NCBI GenBank assembly: GCA_963805975.1
Contig: CAWDVR010000003.1
Span: forward strand, 64,001-128,000
Length of the DNA: 64,000 bases
Direction of reading: 5' to 3'
Origin: an uncultured Acidobacteriota bacterium
Lineage (GTDB): Bacteria > Acidobacteriota > Thermoanaerobaculia > Multivoradales > SZUA-115
The notes under the pieces were generated by a model. It ran no database searches, was not told the origin of the DNA, and saw only the letters and a list, made by a program, of their open reading frames with translations. Positions 20,674-30,699 of the stretch are shown piece after piece (position 1 is the first letter of the stretch; each line of letters begins with the position of its first letter). The translations under genes and the position numbers were made by a program.

Positions 20674-23484
20674 ATGAGGCCTGTTCGCGAGTCGTTTCTC
20701 GTCTCGTTGTTGCTGGCAGTGTGCGCGATTCCGGCGCTCGCCCAGACCACCGGCGGCATCGTCGGCCGGGTGACCGACGAGCAGCAGGGCCTGCTGCCCG
20801 GGGTCACCGTCGAGGCCTCGAGCCCGGCGCTGCAGGGCACCCGCGTCACCACCACCGACGCCACCGGCACCTACCGGCTCACCCTGCTCCCTCCCGGCAG
20901 CTACGAGGTCAGCGTCAGCCTCGAGGGATTCGCGACCGCCCGGCAGGAAACCGTCGCGGTGGCGCTCGACCGGGAGACCACGCTCAACGTGGAGCTCAGG
21001 CCCGCGGCGAGCGAGGAGATCACGGTCACCGGCACCGTGCCGGTGATCGACACCAACTCGACCGCGCTCGGCACCAACCTCGACACCCTGGCCATCGAGA
21101 CCCTGCCCACCGCCCGCAACTACGCCGCGCTGGTGCAGATCGCGCCCGGTACCTCCTCCGACGCCAACCCCGAGAACCGCGGCCAGACGACGATCACCGT
21201 CTACGGCTCGACCGGCGCCGAGAACGTCTATTTCATCGACGGGGTCAACACCACCGGCGTCGAGTACGGCTTCCAGGGCAAGGAGCTGAACTTCGAGTTC
21301 ATCGAGGCGCTCGACGTCAAGACCGGCGGCTACGAGGCGGAGTTCGGCAAGTCGACCGGCGGCATCATCAACGTCATCACCAAGTCCGGCGGCAACGACT
21401 TTCACGGCGACGTCTTCGGCTATTACGACGGTGACTCGGTGCAGCGCAACTCCGAGGACGTGGTCTCGACCGGCGGCACGGTCGAGGGCTTCACCCGCGA
21501 GGACTACGGCTTCGACGTGGGCGGCTACGTGCTCCGCGACAAGCTGTGGTTCTTCGCCGCCTACGACCTGGTGAGCCACTCGACCGACAGCCGCCTGCCC
21601 GCCGGCCCGCGCGCCGGCGAGATCGCCACCTCGGAGAGCGACCGCGACCTCGGCGCCCTGAAGCTCACCTACAACCTCGCCCAGGGCCAGTCGCTCATCG
21701 GCTCCTTCTTCCAGGACCCGCGCGAGGACACCGGCGCCATCAACGACGCCAACCACTCGCTGAACGGCGACCCCCTGACCTACACCGGCCGGCAGGACTT
21801 CGGCGGCAAGGACTTCGCCCTGCGCTACGAGGGCATCTTCGGCTCGCGCTGGGTGGTCTCGGCGCAGGCGGCGCGCCACGAGGAGGAGAACTCGGTCGCC
21901 CCGGCGACCGGCGCCGGCGACGTGGTGCAGTTCCGCGACGTAGCGGGCAACTTCTTCCAGACCGGCGGCTTCGGTCTGATCCAGACCAAGGAGTTCCAGC
22001 GCGACTTCTACGGCGCCTCGGCCACCCACTACCTCGCCGGCCACGAGATCAAGCTGGGCGTCGAGCTCGAGGACCAGGACGCCACCGTCACCAAGCGCAT
22101 GTCCGGCGGCCAGCAGGTGGACGTGTTCGCGAACGAGGCCAACCCGGCGCGCCCGGTCTACCGCCATTTCTACTGGACGACGCCGGACGCCACGATCGGC
22201 AACGCGCCGGTCTCGGCGCTGGTGGCCTCGCCGTCGCACGAGAACACCACCGTCTTCCTCCAGGACAAGTGGGCGATCCGCCCCGGCTTCACGCTCTCCT
22301 ACGGCGTGCGCTGGGACCGCCAGCAGATCTTCGACGCCTCGGGTACCCAGCAGATCGACTTGAAGGACGACTACGCGCCGCGCCTGGGCTTCATCTGGGA
22401 CCCGGCGGCAAACGGCAGCTCCAGGGTCTTCGGCTCCTACGGGCGCTTCTACGAGCAGCTCCCGATGGACCTCGTGATCCGCTCCTACTCCTACGAGCGG
22501 CAGCCGCGCATCTTCAACTTCGATCCCTCTTCGACCACGCCCGATCCCCAGGCGGAGGCCGACATCGGCACCGAGTCGGCCATCCTGGGCGGCCTCTCGA
22601 CCCCTGCCGACCCGGACCTCGAGAGCCAGTACATCACCGAGGCCCTCCTCGGCTACGAGCGTCAGGTGCTGCCGGACCTCGCGGTCGGCGTCAAGGGCAT
22701 CTTCCGCGAGTACGGCCAGGTGATCGAGGACTTCCTCTGTGCCGACGACGGCACCTACTGCATCGGCAACCCCGGCGAGGGCCTGATGAGCCGCGTCTTC
22801 ACGCTCGACTACTCGCGAACTCTCCCGGCACCCAAGGCGAAGCGGGAGTTCAAGGGCGTCGAGCTCACCGCCAACAAGCGGTTCTCGAAGAGCTGGCAGG
22901 GGCTCGCGTCCTACGTCTACTCGAAGCTCGAGGGCAACTTCGACGGCCTGTACGCGCCGTTCACCAACGTCGGCGCCGACCCCAACATCACCGCCGCCTA
23001 CGACTACTTCGACTTCTTCACCAACGGCAGCGACCTCTCGCGCACCACCAACACCGGCCCGCTGTCGAACGACCGCCACCATCAGCTCAAGGTCTCGGGC
23101 GTGTACCTGACGCCGTTCAAGCTCTCGATCGGCGCCGCCGCCTACTACAAGAGCGGCACGCCCTTCACTCGCTACGGCTTCTCGGACGCCTACGGCCGCT
23201 ACGAGTTCTTCCTCTCGAAGCGCGGCGGCGAAGGCCGCATGCCGTCGATCTACGAGGCCGACGTTCACCTCGGCTATCCGCTCTCGATCGGTCCCACCAA
23301 GGTGAACCTGCTGCTCGACGTCTTCAACCTCCTGGACGCCCAGCGCGCCATCCTCCTCGACCAGCGCTACGGCTTCCAGGAGGCGGACAACTCCTCACCC
23401 ACCCCCGTCAACCCCGGCTACAAGAAGCCGGTCCTCCGCACACCACCGACCACGGTGCGGCTGGGGGTCAGGGTGAGCTGGTAG
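20674..23484 (+). CDS. Oar-like TonB-dependent outer-membrane receptor
   Basis: Signal peptide, LPGVTV carboxypeptidase-regulatory-like domain, TGGYEAEFGKSTGGIINVITKSG plug, C-terminal RLGVRVSW. Confidence 0.93.
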   Translation: MRPVRESFLVSLLLAVCAIPALAQTTGGIVGRVTDEQQGLLPGVTVEASSPALQGTRVTTTDATGTYRLTLLPPGSYEVSVSLEGFATARQETVAVALDRETTLNVELRPAASEEITVTGTVPVIDTNSTALGTNLDTLAIETLPTARNYAALVQIAPGTSSDANPENRGQTTITVYGSTGAENVYFIDGVNTTGVEYGFQGKELNFEFIEALDVKTGGYEAEFGKSTGGIINVITKSGGNDFHGDVFGYYDGDSVQRNSEDVVSTGGTVEGFTREDYGFDVGGYVLRDKLWFFAAYDLVSHSTDSRLPAGPRAGEIATSESDRDLGALKLTYNLAQGQSLIGSFFQDPREDTGAINDANHSLNGDPLTYTGRQDFGGKDFALRYEGIFGSRWVVSAQAARHEEENSVAPATGAGDVVQFRDVAGNFFQTGGFGLIQTKEFQRDFYGASATHYLAGHEIKLGVELEDQDATVTKRMSGGQQVDVFANEANPARPVYRHFYWTTPDATIGNAPVSALVASPSHENTTVFLQDKWAIRPGFTLSYGVRWDRQQIFDASGTQQIDLKDDYAPRLGFIWDPAANGSSRVFGSYGRFYEQLPMDLVIRSYSYERQPRIFNFDPSSTTPDPQAEADIGTESAILGGLSTPADPDLESQYITEALLGYERQVLPDLAVGVKGIFREYGQVIEDFLCADDGTYCIGNPGEGLMSRVFTLDYSRTLPAPKAKREFKGVELTANKRFSKSWQGLASYVYSKLEGNFDGLYAPFTNVGADPNITAAYDYFDFFTNGSDLSRTTNTGPLSNDRHHQLKVSGVYLTPFKLSIGAAAYYKSGTPFTRYGFSDAYGRYEFFLSKRGGEGRMPSIYEADVHLGYPLSIGPTKVNLLLDVFNLLDAQRAILLDQRYGFQEADNSSPTPVNPGYKKPVLRTPPTTVRLGVRVSW

Positions 23485-23553
23485 GGGAGTAATGCTGGTA
23501 AAGGAGACCATCCCGACGTGCGAGACGAGGCTCCAGCGGCGTGACTGGACCCA

Positions 23554-23964
23554 TCAACCCTGAGGACGCGCCAGCCTGACCTGGATCCCGACATCGAGAG
23601 TCTGCCATGCGCGGTCGGCGGTGAGAGCGGGCAGATCCAGCCTCTGAGCCAGCGCCAGGCAGGCGCGATCCCCAAGAGATAGGCCGAGGGCGCGGGTCCG
23701 CGGGCGGAGATCGGCGGCCGCCGCCGCAGCGTCCTCGTCGAAGGGGACGATCTGGAGGAGCACCCCCAGGACTCCGCGCTCGAGAAGCTCGTCCGTGATC
23801 TGGTCGCCCGAGACGCCGAGGTCGACGAACTTGGTGAGCATCTCGCTCCAGTTGACGGCGCTGATCCAGGTTCCACTCGCCAAGGCGCTGGACACGATCT
23901 CCGCTCCAGGCTCGTCCTTGAGAAACACGATAAGCGCCGACGCATCGAGGACGCATTCACTCAT
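23554..23964 (-). CDS. vapC: VapC PIN-domain toxin
   Basis: VLDASAL, SAVNWSE, GLSLGDRACLALA, LTADRAW. Confidence 0.92.
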   Translation of the reverse strand: MSECVLDASALIVFLKDEPGAEIVSSALASGTWISAVNWSEMLTKFVDLGVSGDQITDELLERGVLGVLLQIVPFDEDAAAAAADLRPRTRALGLSLGDRACLALAQRLDLPALTADRAWQTLDVGIQVRLARPQG

Positions 23965-24220
23965 GCCGCGCTTCCTCACGCCGCTCCGCGATCAGCTCAT
24001 CCGCCAGGGAACGACCGGGAGCGATGTCTCGCCAGAGGCCGCGAGCACTGTCGGCCACGTCGCGGGCAGTGCTGAGCCGGAGCACTCCAGACGACTCAAC
24101 TGTCAGCAGGAAGCGATGACCCTCGCGCAGATCGAGGTGCTTTCGCACGCTGGCCGGTAGCACGAGGCGTCCTCGAGCGGCAAGCTCGATCGCGTGGGCT
24201 TTTCTGGTTACGTGGGACAT
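23957..24220 (-). CDS. AbrB/MazE/SpoVT-type antitoxin
   Basis: RGRLVLPASVRKHLDLREG; SLADELIAERREEA. Confidence 0.9.
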   Translation of the reverse strand: MSHVTRKAHAIELAARGRLVLPASVRKHLDLREGHRFLLTVESSGVLRLSTARDVADSARGLWRDIAPGRSLADELIAERREEARHE

Positions 24221-24235
24221 GGCAATAGATTGCCA
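24220..24235. promoter_or_regulatory. Palindromic operator over the antitoxin promoter
   Basis: TGGCAAT-AG-ATTGCCA immediately upstream of the antitoxin start codon. Confidence 0.65.
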
Positions 24236-24292
24236 CAGGCGCGAGCAGTGGGCAAGTCAACGGGAGGCGTCCCAGCCTACTAAGATCCATGA

Positions 24293-25462
24293 ATGTGCAC
24301 CGAGGCGGTCGCCCAGTTCCCCGGCCTCTACATCCATGTCCCGTTCTGCTCCGCCATCTGCCCGTACTGCGACTTCGCAGTGGTCAAGGGCAGTGAAGGG
24401 CGGCGACGGAGCTTCGTCGAGACGCTGCTGGCGGAGATCGATCTCGCGACGGGGGAGGCGCGGCCTTTCGACACGATCTACTTCGGGGGTGGGACGCCTT
24501 CGCTCCTGGCCGAGGACGAGCTGGCGCGGATCCTCGGCGCGGCGCGTACGAAGCTGGGCGCTCTCGACGACGCGTGGACCTTCCTGGAGGCCAACCCGGA
24601 GGACGTTTCAACTTCCTCGCTCGCCGCCTGGCGGCGGTTGGGGGTGCGCACGCTTTCGCTGGGCGTGCAGTCCTTCGACGAGGACGAGCTGCGCTTCCTG
24701 GGCCGCAGGCACTCGGGTCAGGAAGCGCGGCGCGCCGTGGAGCTGGCCCTGGATGCCGGCTTCGAGACGGTCTCGGTGGACCTGATCTACGGGCTGCCGG
24801 GCCAGGAGCGTGGCACGTGGCGGCGCAATCTCGAGACGGCCATCACCCTGGCCCCGCAGCACCTCTCCTGCTATCAGCTCACCATCCACGAGGGGACGCC
24901 GTTCGGCCGCAGGCTCGACCGCGGCCTGCTCCGCGAGAGCCCGGAGCCGGAGCAGGCGGAGCTCTTCGTCCTGACTCACGAGCTGCTGGCGGGCGCGGGC
25001 TACCCGGCCTATGAGGTGTCCAACTTCGCAGCCGGTGTAGCGCACCGTTCCCGGCACAATGCCAAGTACTGGGACCACGTTCCCTACCTCGGCCTCGGTC
25101 CTTCGGCACATTCCTTCGACGGCCGCCGCCGCTTCTGGACCGAACGGAACCTCAGCCGCTACAGCGCCCTTGTCCATCAGGGCGTGCTGCCGGTGGCCGG
25201 CGAGGAGACTCTCTCTGCGACGCAGCTCGCGCTCGAGGCGCTGATGCTGGGGATGCGGACCACGGCGGGCGTGGACCTCGTGGCCTACCACCGCCGGTTC
25301 GGCTTCGATCTCGAAACCGTCAACGGCGAGCTGCTCTCGCAGCTCGCCGCTCAGGGCCTTGCAGCAGTGGAGGAGCGCCGCCTGGCGCTCACCACCCGCG
25401 GTTTGGCGATCGCCGATGCCCTCACGGCCCGGCTGGAACTCGGGCCGGTGGCGCCTTCCTAA
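24293..25462 (+). CDS. hemW: Radical SAM heme chaperone HemW
   Basis: YIHVPFCSAICPYCDF, GGGTPS, YEVSNFA, HNAKYW. Confidence 0.92.
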   Translation: MCTEAVAQFPGLYIHVPFCSAICPYCDFAVVKGSEGRRRSFVETLLAEIDLATGEARPFDTIYFGGGTPSLLAEDELARILGAARTKLGALDDAWTFLEANPEDVSTSSLAAWRRLGVRTLSLGVQSFDEDELRFLGRRHSGQEARRAVELALDAGFETVSVDLIYGLPGQERGTWRRNLETAITLAPQHLSCYQLTIHEGTPFGRRLDRGLLRESPEPEQAELFVLTHELLAGAGYPAYEVSNFAAGVAHRSRHNAKYWDHVPYLGLGPSAHSFDGRRRFWTERNLSRYSALVHQGVLPVAGEETLSATQLALEALMLGMRTTAGVDLVAYHRRFGFDLETVNGELLSQLAAQGLAAVEERRLALTTRGLAIADALTARLELGPVAPS

Positions 25463-26376
25463 CCTCGCAACCGCACCTCGACCGGGCTGTCGAGCACGAT
25501 GTCGAGCACGGTGCCGGCCGGGATGCTCACCTCCTGCCCCTCGGTGCGGGAGGCGACGGCGGTACCGATGGCGGCGCCCACGATGGCGCCGAGCACGGTG
25601 TTGCGGTCGCGGTCCTTCTTGCTCGCCGTGGCGCGCCCCAGCACCGCGCCGCCGGCCGCGGAGCCGCCGATGGTCGCCGCGTCCCGGCCGGTCTCGTTCT
25701 TGCCGACCGTGGCGAAGTTGGCGGCAATCGGCGCCGAGCCGCCGGCCGGCAGCACGAGCTCGCTGAAGTCGAGCCCGAGCCGTGCCCGGCCGCCGATCTT
25801 CTTGAGCGAGACGGCCTCGGTCACCGTGCCGCGGATCTTCGAGCCGGCGGGGATGGCGACCTCGCCCCCGACCACGACGTCGTGCGTGACGCGTGCGGCG
25901 AAACGGTCGCCAGGGCTGCTCACCGCGCTCGACACGCCGTCCAGGAACTCGATCTCGAGGCCGGTTCCGGCCGGCACGTTGGCGTAGCGGGGCTCCGCGA
26001 TCCGTGGCGCGGGCTCTTCATGCCGGGGCTCGGGGCGCGGTTCGGGGACCCGCGGTTCGGGTTGGGGAGCCCGCGGCGCGGGCGCCGGAGCGGGCCTCGG
26101 AGCCTGCGCCAGGCGCTCGGCGGCGAGCGCTCGCTCGCGGGCGTCCAGCTCGCGCTCGCGAGCTTCGATTTCGGCCGCTCGCTGCGCTGCCTCTTCCTTG
26201 GCGGCGATCTCCTTCTCTCGCTGTTCGAGATTCGCCTCGCGCTCGGCGAGCGCCTTGGGGTCGAGCTCGGACGAGGCTTGTTGGCTGGTATCACGGCCGG
26301 TGCAGGCACCGACCGCGAAAAGCGACAGGATCAGGGCGGTTGCAAGACTTCGCTGGAGGTCCAGGTTGGTTTTCAT
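25459..26376 (-). CDS. Lipoprotein: coiled coil, Pro-rich linker, beta domain, glycine zipper
   Basis: GAGGAG RBS; lipobox VGAC; EREKEIAAKEEAA; GGSAAGGAVLG...GAIVGAAIG; IPAGT at both ends of the domain. Confidence 0.8.
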   Translation of the reverse strand: MKTNLDLQRSLATALILSLFAVGACTGRDTSQQASSELDPKALAEREANLEQREKEIAAKEEAAQRAAEIEARERELDARERALAAERLAQAPRPAPAPAPRAPQPEPRVPEPRPEPRHEEPAPRIAEPRYANVPAGTGLEIEFLDGVSSAVSSPGDRFAARVTHDVVVGGEVAIPAGSKIRGTVTEAVSLKKIGGRARLGLDFSELVLPAGGSAPIAANFATVGKNETGRDAATIGGSAAGGAVLGRATASKKDRDRNTVLGAIVGAAIGTAVASRTEGQEVSIPAGTVLDIVLDSPVEVRLRG

Positions 26377-26405
26377 GATGGTTCTCCTCTCGATACCCTC
26401 TCTTA

Positions 26406-26421
26406 GGCAAGGTTGATGCCA
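26406..26421 (-). promoter_or_regulatory. Sigma54 -24/-12 promoter for the lipoprotein
   Basis: Minus strand TGGCATCAACCTTGCC, GG-N10-GC, 30 bp upstream of ATG. Confidence 0.75.
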
Positions 26422-26441
26422 CTCCAGCAACGCTCGGTCCC

Positions 26442-27668
26442 TCAGCCGCGGAGCCACGTGAGCCAGAGCACTCCCAGGGAGAGCGTCAGGAGGGTGATCG
26501 GCACGCCTGCCTTGAGGTACTCGACGAACCCCAGGCGTACGTGGCGGCTGGCGGCGATCTCGGCCACGATCAGGTTGGCCACCGAGCCCAGGAGCGTGAG
26601 GTTGCCGGCGAACGTGGTCGCCATCGCCAGCGTGAGCCAGGCGGTCTCGGTGTCCGGGAAGGCGTCCATCACCGAGCGGAAGAGCATCAGGGCAGGGACG
26701 TTCGACACCAGGTTGGAGAGCACCACGGCCACACCCGTCAGAGCCGGGATGCCCTGCTGCGCCACGGGCCGGGCGATCGCGAACAGGCGGTCGGCGAAGC
26801 CCGCGGTCTCGACCGCGTGAGTGACGACGAAGAGGCCGGCGAAAAACACCAGCAGCGAGATGTCGATCTCGCGGAACACGCGGCCCGGCTTCAGGCGCCG
26901 GGTCACCAGCAGCAGTGCGGCGGCGGCCATCGCGGCCAGAGGGATGGGCACGCCGGCGAAGAGAGCCACCAGCATCAGCAGGGCCGCCGCCAACCCCTTG
27001 CCGAGGAGCGCGCGGTGCACTCGCGTTTCGAGGGCCACCGCGGGCAGCGGCTCGGCCTCGAGCTCGCGCCGGTAGACGAGCACGATCACCGCCCAAACCA
27101 CGGCCAGCCCGACCAGGGCCAGGGGCGCCAGCACGGCGCTGAAGGTCGCGAACGGAATGCCGGACTCGAGCCCGATCAGCATGTTCTGCGGGTTGCCGAC
27201 GATGGTGGCCACCGAGCCGACGTTGGCGGCGGTGACCAGCGCCACCAGGTAGGGGATCGGGTTCCGGCGCAGGGTGGCGGTGACCTCGAGCACCAGCGGC
27301 GCCAGCACGAGGACGATGGTGTCGTTGAGGAAGACCGCGGCGAGCCCGCCGGATACGGCGACGATCAGCGCCAGGAGCCGCCGCGGCGTGGTGGCGCGGC
27401 GCAAGACCGCAGCGGTCACCAGAGGCAGAAAGCCCGCCAGGCGCAGGTTGCCGTTCAGGATCATCATCGCGAGCAGCAAGGTGAGGGTGCCGAGGTCGAT
27501 GGCGTCGAAGGCCTGCTCCAGCGAAACGGTGCCGACGAGAACGAGCAGGGTGGCACCCACCAGGGCGATGGTCGCCCGGTTCATCCGCAGGCGCGGATAG
27601 CGGCCCACCGCGACACCGATCAGGGTCACGGCGATCAGGAGGAGCTCGAGCCAGGAGCGGAGCGGCAT
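26442..27668 (-). CDS. ArsB/NhaD/CitMHS-superfamily anion transporter
   Basis: Multi-TM; FLNDT, ANVGSVATIVGNPQN, SNLVSNVPA, AGNLTLLGSVANLIV. Confidence 0.9.
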   Translation of the reverse strand: MPLRSWLELLLIAVTLIGVAVGRYPRLRMNRATIALVGATLLVLVGTVSLEQAFDAIDLGTLTLLLAMMILNGNLRLAGFLPLVTAAVLRRATTPRRLLALIVAVSGGLAAVFLNDTIVLVLAPLVLEVTATLRRNPIPYLVALVTAANVGSVATIVGNPQNMLIGLESGIPFATFSAVLAPLALVGLAVVWAVIVLVYRRELEAEPLPAVALETRVHRALLGKGLAAALLMLVALFAGVPIPLAAMAAAALLLVTRRLKPGRVFREIDISLLVFFAGLFVVTHAVETAGFADRLFAIARPVAQQGIPALTGVAVVLSNLVSNVPALMLFRSVMDAFPDTETAWLTLAMATTFAGNLTLLGSVANLIVAEIAASRHVRLGFVEYLKAGVPITLLTLSLGVLWLTWLRG

Positions 27669-27755
27669 GGCTTGGCCGCCATGCCTGCCATGGGTGGGGC
27701 TGCTATCATCCCGGCTCTCGAGAAACGAGACTCGATCACCGCGAAAGGAGCTGTC

Positions 27756-28367
27756 ATGAAGACCGGGATCACATATCTGCGGGGGCTCACCGCCGCCGCT
27801 TTCTGCTCTCTGTTGGCCATCGGTGCCATGGCCCAGACGCCGCCAGCCCAACCAGCGGCCGCCGCCGCGCCGCAGGCAGCGCCAGCCCCTGCGCCGCGGC
27901 CCAGCCCCATGGCCATGGCGCGGGTCACTTTGGGCGACGCCTACGTGCGCGTGGTCTACAGCCGGCCGTCGATCAAGGGCCGCGCCAACATCTTTGGCAC
28001 CAAGGATGCGCAGGCTCTGGTTCCCTACGGCGAGGTGTGGCGCACGGGCGCCAACGAGGCCACGGAGCTGACCACCACCAGGGACATCCTGGTGGGCGGC
28101 AAGAAGCTCCCGGCCGGCACCTACTCGGTGTTCACCGTGCCGGGTACCGACAAGTGGCAGATTCACTTCAACTCCGGGCTCGGCCTGTGGGGCAACCGCG
28201 GCTATGACGCGGCCAACAACGTGCTCAGCGTGGAGGCCAAGCCGGCGGCGCTCACCGACGAGGTGGAGACCTTCACCATCGAGCTCCCGGGCAAGGACAG
28301 CGCGGCCGAGCTCGTGCTGAAGTGGGTCAAGACCGAGGTCCGGGTACCGGTCGCGCTCGCCGGCTAG
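27756..28367 (+). CDS. DUF2911 exported protein
   Basis: PRPSP, YSRPSIKGR, LVPYGEVWRTGANEAT, LPAGTYS. Confidence 0.92.
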   Translation: MKTGITYLRGLTAAAFCSLLAIGAMAQTPPAQPAAAAAPQAAPAPAPRPSPMAMARVTLGDAYVRVVYSRPSIKGRANIFGTKDAQALVPYGEVWRTGANEATELTTTRDILVGGKKLPAGTYSVFTVPGTDKWQIHFNSGLGLWGNRGYDAANNVLSVEAKPAALTDEVETFTIELPGKDSAAELVLKWVKTEVRVPVALAG

Positions 28368-28402
28368 CCGCGCGAAATTCGAGCAAGCCGGCGGCGCCAT
28401 CG

Positions 28403-29719
28403 ATGCTCTCCCGCCCGCGCCGCCGGCTCTACGCCCTCCTCACTCTCTCCCTCTCTCTCTCGGCCGGCCTGGTCCTGGCGGAGCTGGCCGTGCGCCGTCT
28501 CGAGCGCCGGCACGCGATCGGAGAAGAGCGGCGCTCGCGCTACGAGGAATCCTACGAAGCGGGGGCCTTCCGCCGGGGAGAGCCGGGCGAGGCCGGCTTT
28601 CTCGTTCCCGGCTTCTCCGGCCTGGTCACCGACGAGCTGGGCCGGCCCGTGGAGTGGATCCACAACTCGTTGGGCTTTCGCAGCCGCCGGGAGTACGCGC
28701 GGCAACGGCCGGCGGGGGTGCTCCGCATCCTCGCTCTGGGGGACTCCTTCGTCGTCGGGCACCGACTCGGCCAGGAGGACACGGTCGGGGCCCGTCTCGA
28801 GGCCTGGCTCCGCGACGGCGGAGGCTTCCCGGGAGCCGAAGTCCTGATCGCCGGCATCGAGGAGCCGGCGGCCGGCCTGAGGTACCTCGAGCAGTACGGT
28901 TTCGCCTTCGATCCGCAGGTCGTGATGCTGGGCCTCACGCTCGGCAACGACGTCGCCCAGGTCTATTTCAACCTGGGTCCGAAGGGCCGGTACCGGCTGG
29001 AGCATCCTGCCGGTGGCTGGACGCTGGCGCTCAACCCGGACGCGGACCGGGAGGCGAGCCTACGGTCGGTCGAGGAGCCGCGACTGCCACCAGAAGCGCT
29101 TCGTGGCCCCGGCCCTGGCCCGTCCCAGGTGCCGGCTCTCGGCCCCCCGTCGGGCCTCGAGTCGCGCCTGCACGTCGTGCGCTTCCTGCGGCAGGTCGCG
29201 GCCGACCGCCGGGACCGTGCCACGGCGTACCCCATCCTCTCGATCTGGAACCAGTACCGAGAGCCCAGGCTCTTCGACGGCAACGGCCTGGGCCTCTACC
29301 TGGAGCCGGCGACACCGGAGATCGAGCACGCCTACGAGCTGCTGTTCGCGCTGCTCGCCGCCTACGACGATCTGTGCAAGGCGCGCGGGATCCGTTTCGT
29401 TCTCGCCGTCCATGCCCAGCGCTACCAGCTCCAGCCTCCGGACTGGCAGGCGACGATCGTCGGCTACGGGCTCGATCCACGGCGTTTCGATCTGATGGCT
29501 CCCAACCGGCGCATCGAACGCTTCTGCCGCGAGCGGGGCATGGCCTGTCTCGACCCCACGGCGGCGATGGGCGAGCGCTTCGCCCGGGAAGGCCGCTCGT
29601 TTTTCATGCCGCGTGGCGACATGCACTGGAACCGGGGAGGCAGCCGGGCTTTCTTCGAGCTCACTCGGGACGAGCTGGGAGCGGTGCTCGCACCTCTGCA
29701 TGCGGCCGGCCGGCGCTAG
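28403..29719 (+). CDS. SGNH/GDSL hydrolase-fold membrane-anchored protein (AlgX/AlgJ-like)
   Basis: N-terminal TM, NSLGFR, ILALGDSF, GND, DMHWN. Confidence 0.85.
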   Translation: MLSRPRRRLYALLTLSLSLSAGLVLAELAVRRLERRHAIGEERRSRYEESYEAGAFRRGEPGEAGFLVPGFSGLVTDELGRPVEWIHNSLGFRSRREYARQRPAGVLRILALGDSFVVGHRLGQEDTVGARLEAWLRDGGGFPGAEVLIAGIEEPAAGLRYLEQYGFAFDPQVVMLGLTLGNDVAQVYFNLGPKGRYRLEHPAGGWTLALNPDADREASLRSVEEPRLPPEALRGPGPGPSQVPALGPPSGLESRLHVVRFLRQVAADRRDRATAYPILSIWNQYREPRLFDGNGLGLYLEPATPEIEHAYELLFALLAAYDDLCKARGIRFVLAVHAQRYQLQPPDWQATIVGYGLDPRRFDLMAPNRRIERFCRERGMACLDPTAAMGERFAREGRSFFMPRGDMHWNRGGSRAFFELTRDELGAVLAPLHAAGRR

Positions 29720-30387
29720 CCCGTGCCGCCGCGCGCGAAGCGCTCCCAGCCGGCCTCGGCCTCGGGGCCGGTCGCCGGCTCGTGCTCGGGGCACTCCATG
29801 CGCAGGTCGCGGTTGCCGAACGGCAGGTTCACGTAGGAACAGTGGTGGGGCTGCCGGGGATCGTCGTGCGCGTAGGGGCGGAAGAACCGGCAAGTCGAGC
29901 ACATGCGGGCCACCGGGATCTCGCCCTGCTGCTGCAGCTCGCGGATCAGCCGCTGCAGCAGGCGCAGCAGCAGCCCCTGCTCCTCCTCGCTCAGGCCCTC
30001 GATCACCGCGGCCAGGAAATCGGGCCAGGTGGCCACGCGGGCAGCCTCCGCCCGCCCCGACTCGGTCAGGCTGAGGGAGAGCCGCCGCGCGTCCTGGAGC
30101 GGGCGCTCCTTGACGAGCATGCCCTTGCGCTCGAGCACTCCCACCGCCTCGGACGCCGTCGAGGCGCGCACGCCGAGCGCGTCGGCGACCTCGTTCAAGG
30201 TCGCCCCGGACCGCCGCTCCAGGTGGGCCAGCACCTGGCCCTGGGTCGGCGTCAGATCCTGGGCGAAGCCCTGGTGCCAGGCGCGGCTGCGCAGCACCAT
30301 GCCGATCTTCGCCAGGCCGATCGCCACCCGGGCGCCGGTAGAAGGCGTCCAAGGCGAAGGGGGCGACAGGGCTCCCGGATCACTCAC
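29716..30387 (-). CDS. MarR-family regulator with C-terminal Cys cluster
   Basis: LTPTQGQVL, STASEAV, DARRLSLSLTESG; MCSTC...HHC...CPEH. Confidence 0.88.
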   Translation of the reverse strand: MSDPGALSPPSPWTPSTGARVAIGLAKIGMVLRSRAWHQGFAQDLTPTQGQVLAHLERRSGATLNEVADALGVRASTASEAVGVLERKGMLVKERPLQDARRLSLSLTESGRAEAARVATWPDFLAAVIEGLSEEEQGLLLRLLQRLIRELQQQGEIPVARMCSTCRFFRPYAHDDPRQPHHCSYVNLPFGNRDLRMECPEHEPATGPEAEAGWERFARGGTG

Positions 30388-30699
30388 CTTGGCTCTCCAG
30401 ATGGTGCGAGTAAACGATTTCAGGCTCCAATTGCATCCTCTGATACTTTCCAGCGGATTCTATTCCGAGTGAAAGTCTTCGGCTGATATTATTTTTAGAG
30501 AGTATTTCGAAAGGTGTCTGTCTACATTCTATCTACATTCTCTCTGAATGCGCTCGATCTCTCCTGTCACACCCGGCGCCGGCCGGACACTTCCTTTGGT
30601 AGTAATCGACCGTTTCTCGGGTTCCAAGTTTTGGCTGGGTCGGACGCTGGCGGTCAGCGTCTCGGTGTCGCCTCGGATCGAGGCGTAAGGAGGTCGTTC

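Noticed and set aside
23468-23554. Possible 28-aa ORF after vapC (MGPVTPLEPR...)
   Set aside because: Short, overlaps the convergent TBDR end, no supporting signal
24220-24235. TGGCAATAGATTGCC as a sigma54 promoter
   Set aside because: GG-to-GC spacing is 9, not 10; better explained as a TA operator palindrome
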